A stretch of 64,000 nt of DNA from positions 41,561-105,560 of the forward strand of contig CADAXQ010000001.1 in NCBI GenBank assembly GCA_902791935.1. Direction: 5' to 3'. The notes below the pieces were generated by a model that was given only the letters and a program-made list of their open reading frames with translations, was not told where the DNA came from and did not search any database. The stretch comes from an uncultured Erysipelotrichaceae bacterium. Its GTDB lineage: Bacteria; Bacillota_I; Bacilli_A; RFN20; CAG-826. Every line of letters starts with the position of its first letter. Position 1 is the first letter of the stretch. The translations under genes and the position numbers were made by a program. Shown piece after piece: positions 8,195 through 18,253 of the stretch.

Positions 8195-10168
8195 ATGGCT
8201 AACGAAGAGAAAGACGAATTCATCGCTGCCGAGGAAAACTACACTGCCAAAGACATTGAGGTCCTTAGCGAGTTAGAGGGCGTTCGTAAACGTCCTGGCA
8301 TGTATATTGGAAGCACAAACCTCACTGGTTTGCATCATTTGGTATGGGAAATTGTCGATAACGCCGTGGATGAAGCTGTGAATGGCTACGGAAAGAAAAT
8401 TACCGTCACGATGATGCGGGATGGCTCCATTCAAATTGAAGACGAAGGACGTGGCATCCCCGTGGATATCCACCCCCAAGCTCATATTCCTGCCGTTCAA
8501 TTGCTTTATACGACGCTCCATTCTGGTGGCAAATTCAATAGCAAGGTCTATCAAACTTCTGCGGGTTTGCATGGCGTAGGCGCCACCGTAACAAACGCCC
8601 TTTCCGAATTTTTGGAAGTGACCATCTACCGTGAAGGCAAGATCTATCACATTGCCTTTCATAATGGCGGGCAGCTTTTGACCCCGTTAGAAGTTTTGGG
8701 CAATACGAGCAAACATGGCACGACCGTCCATTTCAAACCCGATCCAAAGATTTTCCCAAACACGAAATTCTCTTGGGATACGATTTATAACCGCTTGGAA
8801 GAGAAAAGCTATCTTTTAACCGGCGTTCATTTCATTTTGCGTGACCAAAAAAGTGGCAACAGTCATGAGTTCTATACGGAACATGGCTTACGCGAATACG
8901 TGCAATCGTTAACGCAAAACAAGACACCTTTAGGCGATATCATCGATTACACTGACAATTCCAACCCCATTCGTATCGAGATTGCCATGCAATGGTGCAA
9001 TGGCGACTATAATGAGAATGTGATTTCCTACGCCAACGACGTGAAAACCGCTGATGGCGGTACCCATGAAATCGGTTTTAAGACCGCGTTGACGAAGACA
9101 TTAAACGATTGGGCCCAACAAAACGAGATTATCAAACCGAACCAAACGATTGATGGCACCGATATCCGTGAAGGCTTAACCGCCGTGCTTTCCGTCAAAG
9201 TCCCCGAAAACCTTTTGGAATATGAAGGCCAGACCAAAGGCAAATTAGGAACGCCAGAAGCAACATCCGTCGTTTCAAACTCCTTCCAAAATTTCTTCCT
9301 TTATTATTTAAATGAACACAAAGACTTTGCGATTGACTTAATCAAGAAGTGCCAAGCTTCGAAAGACGCTAGAGAAGCGGCTCGGAAAGCAAAAGAAGCC
9401 GCCCGTGGCGCGAAAAAGAAGACCGTCGACTATGTCATCTCCGATAAACTTGCAAGCGCTCAATCGAAAGATTATGCGAATAACGAGCTCTTCATTGTCG
9501 AAGGCGACTCGGCTGGCGGCTCTGCCAAAACCGGTCGTGATCGGCTGCATCAAGCCATTTTGCCATTACGTGGCAAACCACTCAACACCGATAACGTCAC
9601 GATCGATAAAATCGTCAGCAATGTAGAATTCTCCACGTTGATTCAAACGATTGGCGCTGGTGTTGGCCAGAACTTCGATATCAGCGAAGCCCGTTATGGC
9701 AAGATCATCATCATGACCGATGCCGATACCGATGGCGCTCACATCCAAACGCTGCTTTTAACGTTCTTCTATAACTTCATGAAACCGTTAATCGACGCCG
9801 GCATGATTTATATCGCGCAACCGCCGTTATATCGGGTCTATAAGAAGAGCGATCCTTCCAAACACATCTATTGCTGGGACGATAAGCAATTAGAAGAAGC
9901 CAAAGCCAAGATTGGTGCCGGATACGGCATCAACCGTTATAAAGGTTTGGGTGAAATGAACGCCTCCCAATTAGCCGAAACCACCATGGACAAAAAGAAG
10001 CGGGTCTTGCTCCAAGTCAAAATCGACGATCCTTTGGTGGTGGAGAAACGAATCGGAATCTTAATGAGCAAAGACTCTTCAGCCCGCTGGAATTGGATTC
10101 AAGAAAATGTCACCTTCAATGACGAAGATAAATTCTTAGAAGAGCTTGAAGGGGAGAAAAGGAAATAA
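8195..10168 (+). CDS. parE: type IIA topoisomerase B subunit, called topoisomerase IV ParE by synteny
   Basis: GHKL ATPase motifs (GLHHLVWEIVDNAVDEA), Toprim EGDSAGG, PLRGK. The plsY-parE-parC neighbourhood is as in Firmicutes. Confidence 0.85.
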   Translation: MANEEKDEFIAAEENYTAKDIEVLSELEGVRKRPGMYIGSTNLTGLHHLVWEIVDNAVDEAVNGYGKKITVTMMRDGSIQIEDEGRGIPVDIHPQAHIPAVQLLYTTLHSGGKFNSKVYQTSAGLHGVGATVTNALSEFLEVTIYREGKIYHIAFHNGGQLLTPLEVLGNTSKHGTTVHFKPDPKIFPNTKFSWDTIYNRLEEKSYLLTGVHFILRDQKSGNSHEFYTEHGLREYVQSLTQNKTPLGDIIDYTDNSNPIRIEIAMQWCNGDYNENVISYANDVKTADGGTHEIGFKTALTKTLNDWAQQNEIIKPNQTIDGTDIREGLTAVLSVKVPENLLEYEGQTKGKLGTPEATSVVSNSFQNFFLYYLNEHKDFAIDLIKKCQASKDAREAARKAKEAARGAKKKTVDYVISDKLASAQSKDYANNELFIVEGDSAGGSAKTGRDRLHQAILPLRGKPLNTDNVTIDKIVSNVEFSTLIQTIGAGVGQNFDISEARYGKIIIMTDADTDGAHIQTLLLTFFYNFMKPLIDAGMIYIAQPPLYRVYKKSDPSKHIYCWDDKQLEEAKAKIGAGYGINRYKGLGEMNASQLAETTMDKKKRVLLQVKIDDPLVVEKRIGILMSKDSSARWNWIQENVTFNDEDKFLEELEGEKRK

Positions 10169-10171
10169 CCC

Positions 10172-12787
10172 ATGGCGAAACGGAACGAGAAAAAAGAGCC
10201 CGTCATCGTGGAAAACATCATTTCCGACACGTTAGACGAATTGATGGGCATGAAATATGCGATCTATGCGAAAGACGTCATTCAAGATCGTGCCATCCCC
10301 GATGCCCGTGACGGTTTAAAACCCGTCCAGCGCCGCATCATTTTCGACATGTTCAAAACAGGGAACACCATCGATAAACCCACGAAGAAATGCGCTCACA
10401 TCGTCGGTGACGTCATGGGCAAATATCACCCGCATGGCGACTCTTCGATTTACGAAGCGCTCGTGCATATGTCACAATCTTGGGCTTATCGGTATCCTTT
10501 GATCGATTTCCAAGGGAACAACGGTTCCATCGACGGCGATGGCCCGGCCGCTTATCGTTATACTGAAGCACGGCTTAGCGCTTTATCGAACGAACTCGTC
10601 GCCGATTTAGACCGCAATACCGTCGACATGGAATTAACGTTCGATGATACAGAATTAGAACCGACCGTTTTGCCATGCCGTTTCCCCAATTTGCTAGCCA
10701 ACGGCGCCGAAGGCATTGCCGTCGGGATCGCCACCAGCATCCCGCCTCATAACTTACGCGAACTTGTTTCGGCGATTTCTTATCGAATCAAACATCCGAA
10801 CTGCGATATGGACGCCTTGCTTCGTTATGTTCCCGGCCCTGATTTCCCAACCGGTGGCATCATTTACGAAAACGATGCATTGAAAGATATCTACCGCACA
10901 GGCAAAGGCAAAGTCACGATTTCTTCTCGTTACGAAATCATCGATGAACCCGATAAGCCCAAGCAAATCATCATCACAGAGATTCCTTATCGGACGAACA
11001 AATCGGAGCTAGTGAAAGCCATCGATCAAATCCGTCACGACAAGACAATTCCTGGCATTGATGAAGTACGGGACGAGACCGATAAGAGCGGTCTTCGGAT
11101 TGCGATCGACTTAAAAGATGAGGCAAAGCCAAGCGCCATCATTGCCTATTTACTCCAAAAGACGCCACTAAAAACGAATTACAGCGCCCATATGGTGGCC
11201 ATTGTCGATAACCGTCCTAAGACGATGGATCTCATTTCGTACTGCGATTGCTACATCGCCCATCAGTTGGACGTCATTTCGAGACGGACACGTTTTAACT
11301 TAGAAAAAGACCAAGCCCGTTTAAACATCGTCGAAGGCTTAATCCATGCCATCTCGATATTGGATGAGGTCGTGAAAGTCATCCGCGCTTCGCAAGATAA
11401 AAGCGACGCGAAAAAGAACATTGAAGCCGCTTTCGGTTTCAATGACGCCCAAGCAGAAGCCATCGTGATGATGCCGTTATACAAATTAAGCCATACGGAT
11501 GTCACGACGTTAGAAAACGAAGCGAAGTCATTACACGAAGATATCGATTATCTCAATTCGTTATTGTCAAACCAAGACAAGCGGGAAGACGTCATTATCG
11601 CGGACTTAAACCGCATCGCCAAAACTTATGGCGATAAGCGTCGTACGGAAATTCGCCCTGCCGAAGAAGAAAACATCGTCGTGAATAAACGCGACTTAAT
11701 CGCCGAAGAAGAGACGATGGTCGTCGCCACACGCGATGGTTATGTGAAACGTTCTTCACTCAAGAGTTGGAAAGGCTCTGGTGGTCATAATGGGATTCGT
11801 CCTGGTGTCAAAGCTGGTGACGCGTTCGTTTTTGAATGCCAATGCTTAACGACGGATTATCTCATTTTGTTCACGAGCAAAGGCAACTATGCCTACATTC
11901 CGGTGAATGATATCAAAGAGGCGAAGTGGAACGACGAAGGCTTCCATCTTTCGAGCCTCATCAGCATTCCTGCCGAAGATAAGCTGATCGGCGGTTTTGC
12001 CGTCCGTCACTTCCGGAATGACCTCTACATCTTAATGTTAACGGCCCATGGTTATATCAAACGGGTGCCGCTTTCTTCGTTAGAAGTCGTCCGCCACTCG
12101 AAAGCCATCGGCGCCATCCGCCTTTCGAAAGATGACCGCTTAATTGATGTCGCCTATACGGGTGGCAATGACACGGTCTTTGTTTTCTCTGAAGATGGCA
12201 AAGTTTCTGCCTATAACGAAAATGAGATTCAAATCTCGAATCCACGGACCTCTGGCGTGAAAGCCGGTTCGTTCCGCGGCAAAGAATTAGCGGGCTTATT
12301 AACATTCTTGCCCGATGAGAAATCGGAAAAGATTTTGCTTGTCACAAACCGCGGCTGCACCCGCGTTGTGGATTTATCACACTATACGCCCGGGCATCGG
12401 TTAGACAAAGCCGCTCCGTTATTCGACATGTTCAAGAAAGAGCCGCATGAAATCGTCTATCTTGAGAAAGTCGGCGATAAAACTGCGCCTTATAGCCTTG
12501 ATGCCGTGATGGAAGATGGCACGCGTTCGGATATTGTCTTTGATGATTTCTATCTCACGCCGAGTGAGAAATATGTGAAACGTCCTGATTCTTTCCCTGC
12601 CAAGGCAAGAATCATCCAAATCTCGCAAGAGAGTTCGCCTTTATTAGACGATTCCATCCCGTCGACGCCGCTCCCAGAAAAGCCAGCAGAGCCTGAAGAA
12701 GCCCCTGAAGCCGAAGAGAAGAAAGAAAGCGATGAGTTCGAGCAGCTTTCTTTGTTCGATGACTTAGATGACTTGGATCACAAATGA
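10172..12787 (+). CDS. parC: type IIA topoisomerase A subunit, called topoisomerase IV ParC; acidic C-terminal tail
   Basis: [10 protein letters not shown] and HPHGD motifs, and AAYRYTE with the catalytic Tyr. No canonical GyrA box (QRRGGKG) in the C-terminal domain. It follows parE. Confidence 0.85.
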   Translation: MAKRNEKKEPVIVENIISDTLDELMGMKYAIYAKDVIQDRAIPDARDGLKPVQRRIIFDMFKTGNTIDKPTKKCAHIVGDVMGKYHPHGDSSIYEALVHMSQSWAYRYPLIDFQGNNGSIDGDGPAAYRYTEARLSALSNELVADLDRNTVDMELTFDDTELEPTVLPCRFPNLLANGAEGIAVGIATSIPPHNLRELVSAISYRIKHPNCDMDALLRYVPGPDFPTGGIIYENDALKDIYRTGKGKVTISSRYEIIDEPDKPKQIIITEIPYRTNKSELVKAIDQIRHDKTIPGIDEVRDETDKSGLRIAIDLKDEAKPSAIIAYLLQKTPLKTNYSAHMVAIVDNRPKTMDLISYCDCYIAHQLDVISRRTRFNLEKDQARLNIVEGLIHAISILDEVVKVIRASQDKSDAKKNIEAAFGFNDAQAEAIVMMPLYKLSHTDVTTLENEAKSLHEDIDYLNSLLSNQDKREDVIIADLNRIAKTYGDKRRTEIRPAEEENIVVNKRDLIAEEETMVVATRDGYVKRSSLKSWKGSGGHNGIRPGVKAGDAFVFECQCLTTDYLILFTSKGNYAYIPVNDIKEAKWNDEGFHLSSLISIPAEDKLIGGFAVRHFRNDLYILMLTAHGYIKRVPLSSLEVVRHSKAIGAIRLSKDDRLIDVAYTGGNDTVFVFSEDGKVSAYNENEIQISNPRTSGVKAGSFRGKELAGLLTFLPDEKSEKILLVTNRGCTRVVDLSHYTPGHRLDKAAPLFDMFKKEPHEIVYLEKVGDKTAPYSLDAVMEDGTRSDIVFDDFYLTPSEKYVKRPDSFPAKARIIQISQESSPLLDDSIPSTPLPEKPAEPEEAPEAEEKKESDEFEQLSLFDDLDDLDHK

Positions 12788-13323
12788 ACCATAACGCCAT
12801 CCCTTTTGCCATCGCGAAGTCGTTCTATCGCATTCCATTGTCGTTTTATCAAGAGAATGATATCCATTATCTCTTATTAGATTTGGATAATACGTTAGCC
12901 TGTTATCGCGACACCGAACCAACGCCCGAAGCCATTGCCCATATCCGTTATCTTCAAGAAAACGGCATCGTGTGCGCCATTGCCTCGAACAACACGTCTC
13001 AACGAGTCTATACCTTTGCCAAAGACTTAGGCATTCCGGCCTATTGCCGTATGCATAAACCATTCGCCAGTGGGATCCGCCGTGTGTTAAAACAAGAAGG
13101 GTTAGATCCAAAGAAGACCGTCCTGATTGGCGACCAAATCATGACGGACGTCTATGCAGGAAACCGCGCAGGCATCCGTGTGATTCTCTGCTATCCGTTA
13201 ACGAAGCTCGATCCGCCTTGGACGAAGGTCAATCGTTTCTTCGCCCGTCCGAAGAAAAAGAAGTTATTCCTAGAGCCATACCGCTCTTCCTGGAAGGAGG
13301 TACCAGACGATGAGTCAAATTGA
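12784..13323 (+). CDS. yqeG: YqeG-family HAD phosphatase
   Basis: HAD motif I LLLDLDNTL and motif IV GDQIMTDV. ATGA overlap with parC. First gene of a yqeG-yqeH-yhbY-nadD-yqeK-rsfS cluster as in B. subtilis. Confidence 0.85.
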   Translation: MNHNAIPFAIAKSFYRIPLSFYQENDIHYLLLDLDNTLACYRDTEPTPEAIAHIRYLQENGIVCAIASNNTSQRVYTFAKDLGIPAYCRMHKPFASGIRRVLKQEGLDPKKTVLIGDQIMTDVYAGNRAGIRVILCYPLTKLDPPWTKVNRFFARPKKKKLFLEPYRSSWKEVPDDESN

Positions 13324-14467
13324 AAGTCTCCGTCGTTGCTACACCTGTGGCGCAGTCTTACAAAGCCAAGACCCCACCAAAGAAGGCTATATCGCCCCCG
13401 AAACGCTTGCGGCGCACGCGGAAAAAGACGTGCTTCTTTGCGAAGCGTGTTACACCAGACGGAAATTCAACCGTCTCCCTTCTTCCGTGCAACATGACCA
13501 CACGTTTATGACGATGATTGGCGATGCCCTCGCATCAGGCGCCATGATCGTCCATATCATTGATCTCACGTCATTTGAGTGTTCGTTTGATCCGCGCTTG
13601 CCGCGAAACGCGGTCCCGAATCATATCGTCATCGGGAACAAACGTGATTTGTTGCCCGCTTCTTGGACAGACGAACAATTAAAATCCTATATTATCTATG
13701 TCTTCCAAAAGAATGGCATCACGTTAAAACCAGAAGAGATATTCTTAACTTCATTGCTGTCGTCAAATACTGATATTTCAGAGATTGAAAACGCGATCGA
13801 GACGAAACGGCAAGGTCATGATGTCTATATCATTGGTTCGTTAGGCGCCGGAAAGTCAAAGTTCTTCGATGCCTATCTCCGTCATTATAAGAACCCATCG
13901 CAACATCCCGTCGGGGTAAGCCATTACTACGGCACGGAAGCGAACGTCATGAAAGTTCCGTTAGATTCGACGAGTTTCCTTTACGACGTGCCTGATTTAG
14001 CCGTCTCGAATTCGTTCTTGCGTTACAAAGAGGATGCTGCATTGCAACGAGCGTTGCAAACGGTACGTCCTTTCCCTGTCAGAAGAACTGGCATTGTTAA
14101 AGGCGGCTCATTATTTATCGGCACCTTAGCCCGGATTGATTACTGGGATGGCGATGCTTTATCGTTCCCGGTGACCGCATATTTTCCAGAGAAAATCCCT
14201 TTAAAGTCCGTTCTTCCGAAGCGAGAAATGAATGCCTTATTTGTGAAATATCTTGAAAAGAAGACTTGGAAGCCAACGTTGTCTTGCCTTTCTTCCATGG
14301 CGGACTATGATGGTTTCGAGCTTTCCATTGAAGGCGACGAGGAAGAAGAAATCGCGATTGCTGGGCTCGGTTGGATTCAGTTCCGTAACCGAGGCAAACG
14401 CATGACGTTACGCGTGTATGTGCCGCGAGGCATCGGCATCGATTTCGGGAAAGCCAAAGGAAAATAA
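13310..14467 (+). CDS. yqeH: ribosome-biogenesis GTPase YqeH (circularly permuted GTPase)
   Basis: N-terminal Zn finger (CYTCG...CEACY), G4 NKRD placed before G1 GSLGAGKS (permuted order), and synteny. Confidence 0.9.
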   Translation: MSQIESLRRCYTCGAVLQSQDPTKEGYIAPETLAAHAEKDVLLCEACYTRRKFNRLPSSVQHDHTFMTMIGDALASGAMIVHIIDLTSFECSFDPRLPRNAVPNHIVIGNKRDLLPASWTDEQLKSYIIYVFQKNGITLKPEEIFLTSLLSSNTDISEIENAIETKRQGHDVYIIGSLGAGKSKFFDAYLRHYKNPSQHPVGVSHYYGTEANVMKVPLDSTSFLYDVPDLAVSNSFLRYKEDAALQRALQTVRPFPVRRTGIVKGGSLFIGTLARIDYWDGDALSFPVTAYFPEKIPLKSVLPKREMNALFVKYLEKKTWKPTLSCLSSMADYDGFELSIEGDEEEEIAIAGLGWIQFRNRGKRMTLRVYVPRGIGIDFGKAKGK

Positions 14468-14470
14468 ACT

Positions 14471-14758
14471 ATGTTGACACCAAAAAACAAAGCGCTATTA
14501 AAGAAATTAGCCAATCCGTTAAAGCCTCAATTGACATTAGGAAAAGGCGAAGCCGATCCGAAAGTCATGGAAGCGATTGACCATTCTTTGACCGCGCATG
14601 AACTGATTAAAATCCGGGTACTCCCCAATGCGAATACCACGTTAGAAGAATTAGCAAACGCCATCTGCTCGGCAACCAAAGCCGATTTGGTCGATATCAT
14701 CGGCCGCGTCTTGATTCTCTACCGCCCGAATCCGAAGAATCCGCGGATTGTGCTTTGA
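14471..14758 (+). CDS. yhbY: YhbY/YqeI CRM-domain RNA-binding protein
   Basis: 95 aa with the CRS1/YhbY pattern (LKKLANPLKPQLTLGKGE...ELIKIRV) and synteny. Confidence 0.85.
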   Translation: MLTPKNKALLKKLANPLKPQLTLGKGEADPKVMEAIDHSLTAHELIKIRVLPNANTTLEELANAICSATKADLVDIIGRVLILYRPNPKNPRIVL

Positions 14759-14759
14759 T

Positions 14760-15887
14760 ATGGAAAAACTCATTCTCTTTGGCGGAACGTTCGATCCGGT
14801 GCATCGGGGTCATTTACGCATCGCAAGGGAAGCGTCATTGCGTTATAACGCCGATGTCGTTTTCTTGCCGAACAAAACGCCACGCTGGAAAACACCTGGC
14901 GCCAGCGCGGAAGACCGTCTTGCGATGTTACGCCTCGCGTTAGAAGAAGATGGCTCTCCTTCCTTCCGTATCGATGACCGCGAGTTAAAACGTCCAGAAG
15001 AAGTTTCTTATTCGATTGATACCATTCGTGAATATCGGAAGAAATATCCGCGTTATAAGCTTTATTTCTTAATGGGCGCAGATGAAGTGAATCTCTTCCC
15101 CAAATGGAAAGATGCGGAGGAAATCGCGAATACTGTCCATCTCATTTATTCTGGCAGACCAAAAGAAGCAATCGATCCTGAAATCGTAAAGACCTATCAT
15201 TTTGAATCTTTGGAATTTAATGGTTCAGGTGAAGTTTCTTCTTCATCCGTAAGAACGTTACATTCGGTTGATGTGCCTTCTAAGGTTTTAACCTATATTG
15301 AAGAACATCAGTTATATTTCATCCCCAAAGTTCATTCTTATTTAAAGGATAAGAGATTTCATCATTCTTTATCGGTTGCCCACGTGGCTTATGCGATTGC
15401 TATCACGAATCATATCTCCGATCCCGGACGTGCCTATATTGCCGGGGTCTTGCACGATATCGGGAAAGAGTTGCCGCCTGAAAAGTCTTCCGCCATCATG
15501 AAGGAAGCTTATCCAGAATATGTCGACTATCCTGCGTTTTCATGGCATCAGTTTACGGGTGCCTATCTCGCGGAGCACGATTTCGCCATCACGGATAAAT
15601 CGATTTTGGACGCGATTGAATATCATTGTACAGGCAAAGCCCATATGGCGCCTTTGTTAAAAATCATCTTCGCGGCCGATAAGATTGAACCCACCCGTGG
15701 CTATGATTCTTCTGCCTTGATTAAAGCCTGTTTAAAAGATTACTATGTCGGGTTTTTGAAAGTCATCCAAGAGAACGCGAAATTCTTAGACGCGAAGGGT
15801 GGAAAAGACAGTACCGAGCTAAGTCGGGAATGTTATGAAGAATATTTAAGTCAAGAGAAAGCAAAGAAAAGGAAAAAAGAAAAATGA
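14760..15887 (+). CDS. nadD: fusion protein: nicotinate-nucleotide adenylyltransferase NadD + HD-domain hydrolase YqeK
   Basis: The N-terminus has GGTFDPVHRGH (nucleotidyltransferase). The C-terminal half has the HD motifs HSLSVAH...LHDIGKE. ATG at 14760 is preferred over the TTG at 14748. Confidence 0.9.
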   Translation: MEKLILFGGTFDPVHRGHLRIAREASLRYNADVVFLPNKTPRWKTPGASAEDRLAMLRLALEEDGSPSFRIDDRELKRPEEVSYSIDTIREYRKKYPRYKLYFLMGADEVNLFPKWKDAEEIANTVHLIYSGRPKEAIDPEIVKTYHFESLEFNGSGEVSSSSVRTLHSVDVPSKVLTYIEEHQLYFIPKVHSYLKDKRFHHSLSVAHVAYAIAITNHISDPGRAYIAGVLHDIGKELPPEKSSAIMKEAYPEYVDYPAFSWHQFTGAYLAEHDFAITDKSILDAIEYHCTGKAHMAPLLKIIFAADKIEPTRGYDSSALIKACLKDYYVGFLKVIQENAKFLDAKGGKDSTELSRECYEEYLSQEKAKKRKKEK

Positions 15888-16213
15888 AAGAAGAAAAGTT
15901 AGTCACCGAGATCAAAGCGATCTTAGAAGACAAGAAAGCGGAAGATGTCGTCGCGGTAGATGTCAGCGACCGGACACCATTCTCTGATTATTATGTCATT
16001 GCGACCGCACCGAACGAACGGGCGATGGAAGCAACGGCCCAGGCATTAGAAGACGGCCTTTGGGAGAAGGAACAAATCGAAACAAAGAAGGAAGGACAGT
16101 TGGAGTCCGGCTGGATTGTAGTAGACTGTGGACGTGTCCTAGTCAGTATCTTCACCGCTGAAATGCGTGCGCATTATCAGTTCGATGATTTGTTCAAAAT
16201 CGCGAAAGCATAA
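15884..16213 (+). CDS. rsfS: ribosomal silencing factor RsfS (iojap family)
   Basis: 109 aa with the conserved DYYVIATAPNERAMEA and WIVVDCGRVLVSIF blocks. ATGA overlap with nadD/yqeK. Confidence 0.9.
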   Translation: MKEEKLVTEIKAILEDKKAEDVVAVDVSDRTPFSDYYVIATAPNERAMEATAQALEDGLWEKEQIETKKEGQLESGWIVVDCGRVLVSIFTAEMRAHYQFDDLFKIAKA

Positions 16214-16255
16214 TTCGTCAATTTATTGGTTATAAAAAATAAAAACGGATTAATA

Positions 16256-16289
16256 AACACTCCGATAGCCAAAGCAGGAGTGCTTTTTT
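16256..16289 (+). terminator. rho-independent terminator after rsfS
   Basis: CACTCC (16258-16263) pairs with GGAGTG (16277-16282), followed by CTTTTTTG. Confidence 0.7.
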
Positions 16290-16490
16290 GCTGCGCCGAA
16301 TGCAAAGCAATCAAAAGGGCTAAAATCAAAATAAATTAACTGATTAGACACGATATACCGATATTTGTAAATCGAGCAAGTATTCCGTTTTATCGGTAAA
16401 GTAGTAGAAAAGGAATATCCATTCGAAAATCAAAATAAAAACTCATTTATAAAAATCATTACACTTCTATAAAATACATATTTTTATCAA

Positions 16491-16518
16491 ACTTCGCATA
16501 ATGTCCATTATGTTAATA
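16491..16518. other. dif: dif chromosome-dimer resolution site (XerC arm / 6-bp spacer / XerD arm)
   Basis: ACTTCGCATAA-TGTCCA-TTATGTTAATA. By hand alignment it matches E. coli dif (GGTGCGCATAA-TGTATA-TTATGTTAAAT) at 21/28 positions. It matches B. subtilis dif (ACTTCCTAGAA-TATATA-TTATGTAAACT) at 19/28. It lies in a non-coding gap at the plus-to-minus strand switch, and xerD is 1.7 kb away. Confidence 0.85.
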
Positions 16519-16926
16519 AAAAGAAGTATAAATACGCTTTTTATGCTAATTTTATAAAATTAATGATAAATTTATTCACACAAAAATATAAAAATTAACA
16601 ATTTTATTAACAATATTTGTAAACTACTAAATAAAAACTATTACTAATTTTTAATTTCGAATCGATTATTTCTAAATTTTGCTTAATTGTTTTGCTATCA
16701 TCAAAAATGATCTTTTAATATTTTTCCTTAATTTTTATTTAAATTGACGTATGTCTAATCGGTAATTCTATGCGTCTACAATGTCTCAAAACCCCTATTT
16801 TTGGTTTATCATCTGATATCTTCATCACAAAACAACCTTTTTCAATCGGCTTTTATTTTCCTTATTTTATATCGTCAATTTTTATCAACTTTTCTATCAC
16901 GATTTTTTTCTTGTTTTCGAAAAAGA

Positions 16927-16958
16927 AAAAGCGATCTCTTTTTAGAAGGGGTCGCTTT
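16927..16958 (-). terminator. terminator hairpin downstream of deoB
   Basis: AAAGCGA pairs with TCGCTTT around a 16-nt loop. On the minus strand the stem is followed by TTCTTTTT. Confidence 0.55.
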
Positions 16959-17008
16959 CGTTGTTCATAGAATTTATAATCGGTATTTTATTATCGATTT
17001 ATATTTCT

Positions 17009-18202
17009 TTATTTCAGTATCTCTTCAATGGGCTCGCCGATGAGATGATCCGGTTTCGTGAGTCCAAAGTTTTTCAGAATCGTTGCGCCCATGTCTCCAA
17101 AGCAAGCACGCTCTTCTAAGTAACGTCCGTCGGTAATCGCCGGTGAATACGCCAACAACGGAACTTTCTCTCTCGTGTGATCCGTTCCTTTGAACGTCGG
17201 ATCGTTTCCATGGTCGGCAGTAATCAATAACAAATCATCGGGACGCATGACTTGCATCATCTCTCCAACGCGTTTATCAAAGTCTTCTAAGGCATGCGCA
17301 TAACCTGGCGCGTTCCGTCTATGACCGTATTCGGAATCGAATTCAACCAGGTTTACGAAACATAGTCCTTCCCAATCTTCGTTTTTGACTTGCTCGATGG
17401 TTTTATCCATGCCATCCATGTTCGAAATGGTATGAACCGTCTTAGTGACGCCGGCCATGTCGAAGATATCGGAGATCTTTCCAATGCAGCTCGTCATAAA
17501 ACCATGGTCTTTTAAAGCGTCCATATCCGTTTTTACCGGGGGTTGCAACGCGTAATCGTGGCGATTTGGAGTCCGCTTAAAGTTATCTTTGTTGGTTCCG
17601 ATATAAGGACGTGCAATTACTCGCCCTACTCGCCATTCTGGCTTCATGCAGATTTCGCGGGCGATCTCACAGCACCGATAAAGCTCTTGTAAGCCCGTAA
17701 CTTGTTCATGGGCGGCAATTTGAAGGACGGAATCGGCGGATGTATAAACAATCAACGAATTCTCTTTCATTTGCTCTTCGCCGAGGACTTTCAAGATTTC
17801 TGTGCCGCTCGATGCATAGTTTCCAATGACTTTATGGCCGGTTCTTTGTTCTAATTCATCAATCAGTTCTTTCGGGAATCCGGTATCCGTAAATGTTTTA
17901 AAAGGATGTGTCGTTAAAACGCCCATCATTTCCCAGTGGCCCGTCATCGTGTCTTTGCCATTCGATGCTTCGCGGCAACGGAGACTAAAACTATGTCGGT
18001 GATCTTTTACCGGTTTAACTCCCATGATGTCATCGAGTTCACCGATACCCATCGATTCCATATAAGGAACATGGATGCCGCCAACGGAGGCGGCCGCATG
18101 GGCCCAGGTATTAGAACCAACATCGCCAAAACGATCGGCATCGGGCTCTTCGCCAACGCCTGCGCTATCGGCAACAATCAAGAAGATTCGTTTGTATTTC
18201 AT
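17009..18202 (-). CDS. deoB: phosphopentomutase
   Basis: Full-length similarity to DeoB/Drm (IVADSAGVGE..., GHWEMMG, TADHGNDPT). ATG at 18202 with a GAGAGGA SD is preferred over the ORF-track start at 18247. Confidence 0.93.
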   Translation of the reverse strand: MKYKRIFLIVADSAGVGEEPDADRFGDVGSNTWAHAAASVGGIHVPYMESMGIGELDDIMGVKPVKDHRHSFSLRCREASNGKDTMTGHWEMMGVLTTHPFKTFTDTGFPKELIDELEQRTGHKVIGNYASSGTEILKVLGEEQMKENSLIVYTSADSVLQIAAHEQVTGLQELYRCCEIAREICMKPEWRVGRVIARPYIGTNKDNFKRTPNRHDYALQPPVKTDMDALKDHGFMTSCIGKISDIFDMAGVTKTVHTISNMDGMDKTIEQVKNEDWEGLCFVNLVEFDSEYGHRRNAPGYAHALEDFDKRVGEMMQVMRPDDLLLITADHGNDPTFKGTDHTREKVPLLAYSPAITDGRYLEERACFGDMGATILKNFGLTKPDHLIGEPIEEILK

Positions 18203-18253
18203 TGTCATTCCTCTCTTTTTGACGAGGGTTGACTCTCGTCCCTTCATTGTAGG

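Noticed and set aside
8195-12787. Calling the type II topoisomerase pair gyrB/gyrA
   Set aside because: No GyrA-box (QRRGGKG-like) is visible in the A-subunit C-terminal domain. The plsY-parE-parC neighbourhood (with yneF nearby) is the topoisomerase IV context in Firmicutes, and gyrBA normally sits next to dnaA-dnaN-recF. The call stays synteny-based.
16214-17008. AT-rich gap as a replication origin (oriC)
   Set aside because: Genes converge on the gap rather than diverge from it. There is no dnaA or dnaN nearby and I found no TTATCCACA-type DnaA boxes. The gap contains a dif site, which marks the opposite pole of the chromosome.
16770-17043. ORFs 16770..16970 and 16801..17043 in the AT-rich gap
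   Set aside because: Their translations are Phe/Ile/Ser-rich low complexity from T-runs. They have no RBS, they overlap each other, and one overlaps the 3' end of deoB and its terminator.
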